A DNA stretch of 64,000 bases. Source: the human T2T-CHM13v2.0 reference genome, Homo sapiens. Position 1 is the first letter of the stretch; each line of letters opens with the position of its first letter. The position numbers and the translations under genes were made by a program. Below are positions 55,075 through 64,000 of this stretch, piece after piece. The notes under the pieces are model-generated. The model ran no database searches. It saw only the letters and a list, made by a program, of their open reading frames with translations, and was not told the DNA's origin. Location: assembly GCF_009914755.1 (NCBI RefSeq), contig NC_060942.1, one strand, 5' to 3'.

Positions 55075-55372
55075 GCCAGGCATGCAGGCCCGTTCCAGTA
55101 GTCCCAGCTACTAGGAGGCTGTGGTGGGAGGACCAATTGAGCTCAGGAGTCCTGGGCTGTAGTGCACTATGCAGCTGGGGCATCTGCACTATATTCAGCA
55201 TCAACATGGTGACCTCCCAGGAGCAGGGGACCACCAGGTTGCCTAAGGAGGGGTGAATTGGCGCAGGTCAGAAACAGAGCAGGTCAAAACTCCCATGCTG
55301 ATCTGTAGTGGGATTGCATCTGTGAATAGCCAATGCACTCCAGCCTGGGCAAGATAATGAGATCCTGTCTCC
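55075..55372 (+). pseudogene. RN7SL: 7SL (SRP) RNA processed pseudogene, full length
   Basis: Alu-like ends plus the 7SL-specific S domain (ggtgacctcccaggagcaggggaccaccaggttgcctaaggaggggtgaa...gagcaggtcaaaactccc); CpG decay and an A-rich tail indicate a retrocopy. Confidence 0.93.
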
Positions 55373-55388
55373 AAAAGAAAAAAGAAGT

Positions 55389-55408
55389 AGCAGCAGCAGC
55401 AGCAGCAG
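55389..55408. repeat. (CAG)6 microsatellite in the 7SL retrocopy tail
   Basis: tagcagcagcagcagcagcagaa. Confidence 0.85.
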
Positions 55409-55469
55409 AAAGGTGACAAGAGTGAAGAGGTAAGAATTAGAGATACCTGGGCCAACATGCTAACATGTC

Positions 55470-55625
55470 CTGCTGAGTAACCTTCACCGAGTTACTTAAC
55501 TCTTCGGAGGTTCCATTTCCTCATCTGTAACAATGAGGCAACCACAGGAGCCTGGCAGGGCTGCTGTCAGGATTAAGTGACGTGATGAATGAATGATGCT
55601 TACTTAGCACGTAGTGCTCTGGAAA
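55470..55625 (+). mobile_element. MIR
   Basis: gagttacttaactcttcgg...tttcctcatctgtaacaatgag...aggattaagtga. Confidence 0.65.
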
Positions 55626-56325
55626 TGGCAGGGCTTGTTACCCACCTTGGGTCCATCCCAGACAGGCACACAGGGATGGTTGGAACCCGATCCACAGGGG
55701 ATGCATTCCCTGGGTGAATGTCTACTCCCCTACTTCCTGCCAGGCTTTTTGGGGTGCACTGAGGTGGTGAGTGCACACTAGAGACAAGCTTAGCAGAGAT
55801 GCTGTTCCTGTTCATGGGCAGAGCAGATGAACAGGAGAGCAGCCTCATTCAGCCCAGCTGCAGGTGGGTCACAGGTAGCACAGAGAAGCAATCATCATGT
55901 GGTTTGTGTGAACTGAAGACCAGCATATGAGAGCCTTGGTGGACCTAATCGCCTCCATCCTGTGGATGTAAACTCTGCCTCCGTCACGGGCCCATGGAGC
56001 CAACTGTGGATGTAAACTCTGCTCTGCTGGATAGCTATGGGAGCAACGACCAGAGGACATACGTGTGGCATTCACAGCCAGGGTGAGATCATCAGCCAGT
56101 GTGTGTGTAAGATGTCTGTGAAAGGTGAAGTGCCTCATCACCTGAAATAAGAAAGTCTGGAAGACTCTACTAATACTTCCTGTGTATGAGGACATAGAGA
56201 CAAGGTGGTTGGCCATGAGTGCAACATAAAGGATGTTAGAAAGGGGAGACCTTTCTGAATATATTGGGGCACAAAAGCATATTAACCCATACAGCAATTG
56301 CCCTAAATGCATGCAAAAATGAGCA

Positions 56326-56627
56326 AGCTGGATGCGGTGGCTCACGCCTGTAATCCCAGCATTTTGAGAGGCTGAGGCAGGCGGATCACCTGAGTTCAGG
56401 AGTTCGAGACGAGCCTGGCCAACACGGTGAAACCCTGCCTCTACTAAAAATACAAAAATTAGCTGCGTGTGCTGCCGGGCACCTGTAATCCCAGCCACTC
56501 AGGAGGCTGAGGCAGGAGAATCACTTGAACCCAGGAGGCGGAGGTTGCACTGAGCCAAGATCATGCCACTGCACTCCAACCTGGGAGACAAGAGTGACAG
56601 ACTCCACTGCAAAAAAAAAAAAAAAAA
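56326..56627 (+). mobile_element. AluS
   Basis: Full dimer with poly-A. Confidence 0.95.
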
Positions 56628-57002
56628 GAGCATGCATGCAAATGTTTCACAGTCTATTTCCCCACCCAAAATATTGGACTCACTCTGAACTAGAGTTTGT
56701 GACAAAGTGTTACCAACCATTGTATCAAAGGTCTAAATTACAGTGCAAGAATCAAGAGCAAATAAATAACCAGGACACAGATAAGAAATAACAAGAAAAC
56801 AGTCATGGCCAGATGCCTTCCGCCAGCCATGCCTGACTCACTCCAACACACACTTAGACACATGCGACTTCCCTAGCTAGGTTTTGCTCAGCGGCTTAAT
56901 GGGTTTCACCTTGCATTCAGCACCTGTGACTTATAGGCTTCTCATAGATTCTAGTGGAATAGTCTCCTCCAAATGTTGTACATTTTTAAAAAGTTAGGGG
57001 CT

Positions 57003-57316
<314 letters not shown>

Positions 57317-57921
57317 CTAGGGGTTACTACATTCCAGCCAGGCAACAGAATGAAACCCTGTCTCAAAAAAAGACTAATATAATACCATCTTAATCAGAAA
57401 TAAGGTTCATAGATGATATAGATTATCAAAAGAATTGTCATAACGACTAAACCTAATATAAGGAGAAAATAAAGTGAAAGCAATTTATAATTAACTAACA
57501 CTATTTGTTTCAATCTGTAAATGCTTGGGTAGAATTACGCCAGAAGACAAAAGGTTGCCACACATTTCCAAATCAGCCCTGTTTTTGGAAGACAGTGTCA
57601 CCCTCACTGGGCTGGCTCTGTGACAGGCCCACTGACTGCACCTGAGAGATTACCCGACCAGGACGGCACATCTTGGAGGCACGAAGTCTCCAGCAGCTAA
57701 TTCGCCAAGCCAAAGAGACCAGCTCCGCCAGCACCTATGCTGGACAATGCCAAGCCTACTGGCCGGTCAGAAGGAAGGAGGGGAAAAGCCACCTCACTGA
57801 GGAAGTACGGGAGGCAGAGCACGGTAGAGAAATAGGGAGACCCAGTGCCTGGAGACGGCTCTGCTCCTGCCGGCTTCCAGCTTCAACCCCATGCACTGTC
57901 CGCTTCTCTGCTTTTTCTTTA

Positions 57922-58473
<552 letters not shown>

Positions 58474-58535
58474 TTAGAAAGCTCACCCCATCACTGTCTT
58501 GGGGGAAGTGAGCACTAGTTGTGGAGAGTTGTAAT

Positions 58536-58827
58536 TTTCTTTTTCTTTTTTTAGAGACAGGGTCTTGCTCTATTGCCCAGGCTGGAGTACAGTGGTGCAA
58601 TCATGGCTCACTGCAGCCTTGAACTCCTGGACTCGAGCAATTCTCCCACCTCAGCCTCCTTTCTGGGACTACAGTCATGCACCACCACATAGGGCTAATT
58701 TTTAACTCTTTTGTAGAGATGGGGTCTTGCTCTGTTGCCCAGGCTAGTCTCGAACTCCTGGACTCAAGTGATCCTCCCACCTTGGCCTCCCAAAACGTTG
58801 GGATTACAGGTGTGAGCCACCACAACC
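58536..58827 (-). mobile_element. AluJ
   Basis: Diverged dimer with AluJ-type positions. Confidence 0.9.
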
Positions 58828-59842
58828 ATCCCAGAGCTGTCATTTTTAATTCTTTGCCTGTCACAAACTCAATACAGGTAAACGTATGTAACATTCCATC
58901 CATTGCAAATGTCCCTTCCCCCAGTTAAAGACTGAAAGTCTGAATTCAAGTGACAACTAGTGACCCCAGGGATAGGAGCTACTTAATCCCAACCTACATG
59001 CCCACCTGCACAGAGAGAGTGCCTCCCACAGGCCTGGCTTGCTTTTTGCCTGTTAGCCACATGGTACATTTCTGGCAATGCTCTGCTCCCAGCTAACTGC
59101 TGAGTCACCTGCATGGGACTGCCAAGTAGGTACGGGGTTTTCAATTTAGAAACGGCAGAGCCAGGTGAAGCCACCTCTGGCCCGAACCATGGTGCAAGGT
59201 TTAACAATGTGGAGGAATGGGGTCCTGTTCTGGGCATCATTCTGCCAAGTTCTAGCGCTCTTCAACCTGTGGAACAGGCACCCACTCTTGCAATGCTGCT
59301 GAGGTTGCCTTTCACTCGCTTCACCTTTATACCTGGTCCCTCTCTGTTTTCCTGGGTTTTTGTTTGTTTGTTTGTTTTTGTTTCTTGTGAGGACAACACT
59401 GTAGGGCCAGACAGAACTCAAGGAGCTGGTGGGCTCCAGAGTGCCCTGCCCTTGAGCAGCTCCATCCTGCATCCTCCAGGGCAACCAGGATGTGGGTGCC
59501 ACTCGGGCCGCACCCTCTGACCCTCTGCAGCGAGCAGATCCAAACTGTCGTCAAGATGCAACTTTGCCAGAACAGAAGCCACAGTCTGGATTTGGGCATG
59601 TTTCCTTCTCACTGTTTTGCTTCCCCCACTATGAGTGGTAGAACCCATTTCTGGTACAGCACCTTTCTGCTTTAAACAATTAATTAATTTAAAAATGGGC
59701 CCAGGACACATTGCCCCTGAATATCTGGTCCAACATTAGGTTTACTTATTGTTATGGCTTGAACTGTGCCCAACCAATTCATATGTTGAAGTCTTAACCC
59801 TTAGTATCTCAGAAGGTGACCTGATTTAGAAATAGGGTCCTC

Positions 59843-60182
<340 letters not shown>

Positions 60183-60247
60183 AGAAATAGGGTCCTTGCA
60201 GATGTTATTAGTTAAGATGAGGTCATACTGGAGTAGGACAGGCCCTA

Positions 60248-60590
<343 letters not shown>

Positions 60591-62644
60591 TAAAAAGGGG
60601 CATTTGGACACAGGAACACCCTGTGTAGATGAAGGCAGAGATCAGGGTGCTGCTACAAGCTACAGAACACCACAGATCACCAGCAACCCCCAGACGCTGG
60701 GAGTGAGGCCTGGGACGCTACTCCCTTACTGCCCTCAGGAGGAAACAACCCCGACTGTACCTTGATCCCAGCCAGCTCTCTCCAGAATTGTGAGAAAATA
60801 AATCTCTGTTGTTTAAGCCACCCAGTTTGTGCTACCTTATTACGGCAGTCCTAGCAAACTAATACATTCATTTGAATAGAGCTTTTAATTTAAACATTGA
60901 CCATGTAATAAACTGTAACAAACTATTAGTATTTAATACATAAAATTCATAATGGGGGTCCTTTCTCGTCACAATGCTTATAGTTTGTATTTAAGAGGAA
61001 GAGGAAAGTATTGTCTATCAGAAACGCCACCGCATGACTGCTCATCACAACCTGATTTTTTTCTAGTCATTTCCCTGGCACCCCAAATATGCCCATTCAG
61101 TGGGTTTTAAACAGATATAATGGAAAGGCCACCCAGCTGCACTTCTGCTGTAAGAAATAACCCCTCGATTCTGGCCCAATATAAACAGTAGACTACAATA
61201 ATTGCCATTTAACTCCATGGTGTCCAAATCAATGAATATGATATCAGAAGATTTCTTCTCTTGTCCTCTGCTCCTGGACTTTCCAGAGAAGGTTGACGAT
61301 GACATGGGTCTGTCTCACATCAGTTCCCCAAATATCTTACTGAATCCATTTGGCATATAGCCTTTGTCGTTTATTAGCTATTTTAGTTTTGTATGTTTTA
61401 TTTTACTGATGACTGGTGGTTGTTAAAGCATTAGTTCTAGGTTGCCATTCCAGCTCGCATGATTTTGAGGAATGGTTTCCAGAAGGGCTTTCTAGCACAT
61501 TTCCCCCACAGAAAAAGCTTAGTCGATTCTTTCCTGATAGCAACAGATGAAAGCTTTATGTCATAGGAAATCATAGTGATATTCTGGTGGCAACATGTAC
61601 AAAATTATTATATAAATCTTGCTTATTATATAATCCTTTGGCTATACTTAAGGACAGCTCTTGAGGCAGGCACACTGGGGGCCACGTGGCATTAAACAGA
61701 TCATCTTTCTTTCACACCCACGCAAGAATCAAAAGCAATGCTAAACAAAGTGTTCATCCAGCCCTTAATCTCCAAGGGGAAGAGGTTACAATAAAAATAA
61801 TTTCTTCACCTGAGTATCAAACAGTCACAATTCTGGGGAACCCAATTTCCACTTCAGAAAGGCAAATGCTAAGGAATTCTCACCATCTGACTCTCACGGT
61901 AAAATCCCGTGCAATTCTTTATGTTTCACACTTGAGAAAAAGAAAGGGCATCAACTTTAACAGCTCCTTGAACTTCGGCCCTTGCAAGGAAAGTGATTGC
62001 ATAACAGGGTACATATCAACAAGTGAGGCTGTTCTTTATATGTTTTGGCTCAGGAAAGAGCATGTGAACTTTTTTCTGGGGTCAGCATTTGGAACAGACA
62101 TACCAGTGGGAGGAACAGAGGGTGATAATGTTTAACCAATAAACTGAGCTGAACTCAATCTCCTGCCTTGACAGGGGAACTATGCAAGGTCCTTTGCTTT
62201 GAAAGGCTTGGGCTCTGAGCATTCGTCAGCAATGGGTTGAGTCATATCATTGTGTTGAAGTTATTATTCGATGATTGGGAAAATGAGAAATGCTTGGAGG
62301 CCTCCACTGACTTTTGACAGACTGAGAAAAGCCAGAGTTTCTTCTTTGAAGGCTTATGAAGCAAGTCCTTCTTCTGCCTGGGGGTTAGTGCCTGTTCCAG
62401 CAAGGGCTGGCGAGGGGTACAGGGAGGTAAAGACACAAGCATAGGGGAAGTCATCTGACTGGGGAAGTCACACTGGCTATGCAGTGACACGTCGGAGACT
62501 CTCAGTCAATATGAATGAATAAATAGATACATTACACACAGGAAGAGTTTGTATGCAAACTCTGGTATGACTCCTCCAAAAAAAAGCAAAAGCCTATTAC
62601 CTGATGAGACATGATGTGTTAATACTACTTAATTATGACTTCAA

Positions 62645-62943
62645 GGCCGGGCGCAGTGGTTCATGCCTGTAAGCCAAGGGAGGCCAAGGCAGATGGATCA
62701 CTTGAGGTCAGGAGTTCTAGACCAGCCTGGCCAACATGGTGAAACCCTGTCTCGACTAAAAATACAAAACTGAGCTCAGTGTCGTGGCACAGCTACGTAA
62801 TCCCAGCTACTCAGGAGGCTGAGGTAGGAGAATCTCTTGGACTGGGGAGGCAGAGGTTGCAGTGAGCTGAGATTGTGCCAATGCACTCCAGTCTGAGCGA
62901 CAGAGTGAGACTCCATCTCAAAAAAAAAAAAAAAAAAAAAAAA
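62645..62943 (+). mobile_element. AluS
   Basis: Dimer with a small left-arm deletion; near-TSD tatgacttcaa/tatggcttcaa. Confidence 0.92.
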
Positions 62944-63644
62944 GATATGGCTTCAAGTTCAGGCTGTAGTTGCTTTACAGAAAAAGAAACCTGTTGAACA
63001 ACATGAGCAGAAAAATCAACTGTTTACATCTTGTGCATTCTAACCTAGAAAACCTCCCTTCAGCCTATGAAATTGGCACTGGTCTGACTTACCTCACCAT
63101 GTCCAAATCCTTGCTGGCGGTTTCCAAATACTGGCTTGAGGTTTTTAAAAAATTCAAATATCTCTTTGCAACTTGAAGTCCCTTCAATCTATTCTCTAAC
63201 AAATGTATGGGAAGGCATCAATTTTAGGCCATGCCGATGTTTGAGGTGAGAGAATGTCCACCTTGGATGCAGCTGACAGCTGAGGCTGCTGTCATACCCC
63301 ACATGAAGTGGGGCTCTGAGGGCTAACCCACTTCCATTTGCTGAACTCAGCTGGATTTTGCTCAGAATTATAGTTTATTCAGGCTGGGGCAGAATCCCCA
63401 GGGACTGTCAGGACCAGTTCTGTTGGAAACCTGAGGCCAGTTGGTCTGACCCCTCGGGCAGGGCCATAGGAGCCAGCAGTGGTCTCGGCAGCAGCAAACT
63501 TTTACATCTCTGTGCATCACCTGAGCTTTGCAGCAGGAGGAGTGAGGGGCGGCAGCAGCTGCGCAGAGACAGGTTCTGGAGCAACCAGTTCCTGGGACAT
63601 AGGGATACACACACTCCTTCCTCAGGGACAGGATTCTAAGTTCT

Positions 63645-63950
63645 GTGTTATATTTGTTAGAAGTCTTTGAGTTGTAGAAAAACCCACCCACCTAAAATTG
63701 TCTTAGAAAATCAAGGAAATTTATAAGTTTCAACATTTAAGTTGAAAGAGATTTCCATTCTTGTAGGTCAGCACTTGCCAAATTATCAGCAATATCATAT
63801 GCTTCCAACCTTCTTATTAGAAGTCCACAATAGGTGTGGCTTCGAGAGAGGCATGATCCGCAGCTCAGCCAGCATGTCCAAGGACTCAGAGTTTCCCAGT
63901 CTTTCTAACCCACCTTCCATGTTGACAGGCTCAGCCTCAATCTCTGTGAG
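63645..63950 (-). mobile_element. Old MaLR LTR fragment (MLT1J/K-like)
   Basis: aaggaaatttata...agaagtccacaataggtgtggcttc...atgatccgcagctca...caaggactcag. Confidence 0.4.
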
Positions 63951-64000
63951 TCCCCACCCCAGAAGGACCCAAGATACCTCATGACGTCAACATGGCCATG

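Noticed and set aside
55869-56498. 209-aa minus-strand ORF and other Alu-overlapping ORFs
   Set aside because: The N-terminus is a standard antisense Alu translation and the rest has no recognisable domain.

Overview
This is primate (human or ape-like) genomic DNA, apparently intergenic or intronic and dominated by repeats. I find no supportable protein-coding gene; the listed ORFs are chance, Alu/LTR-derived or repeat-derived. It holds about 24 Alu-family elements, several ERV1 solo LTRs with readable target-site duplications (LTR9-, MER48-, MER41A-, MER34-, MER49/MER4D-like and two MER4A1-like), MaLR LTRs (MLT1, MST, THE1), a decayed ERVL-class provirus, L1/L2/MIR fragments, DNA-transposon relics and a full-length 7SL RNA pseudogene. 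The main feature is a ~6.5 kb G-rich 27-bp VNTR (~25651-32176, ~240 units). It has diagnostic variant units, higher-order internal duplications and 18 TTAGGG-bearing units, and it lies between two independently inserted MER4A1-like LTRs. A second notable structure is a ~765 bp palindromic AT-rich expansion inside the TSDs of an AluY. Repeat subfamily names come from my recollection of consensus sequences, not from a search. I see no evidence for a new gene system; the interest here is in repeat architecture and non-B DNA.
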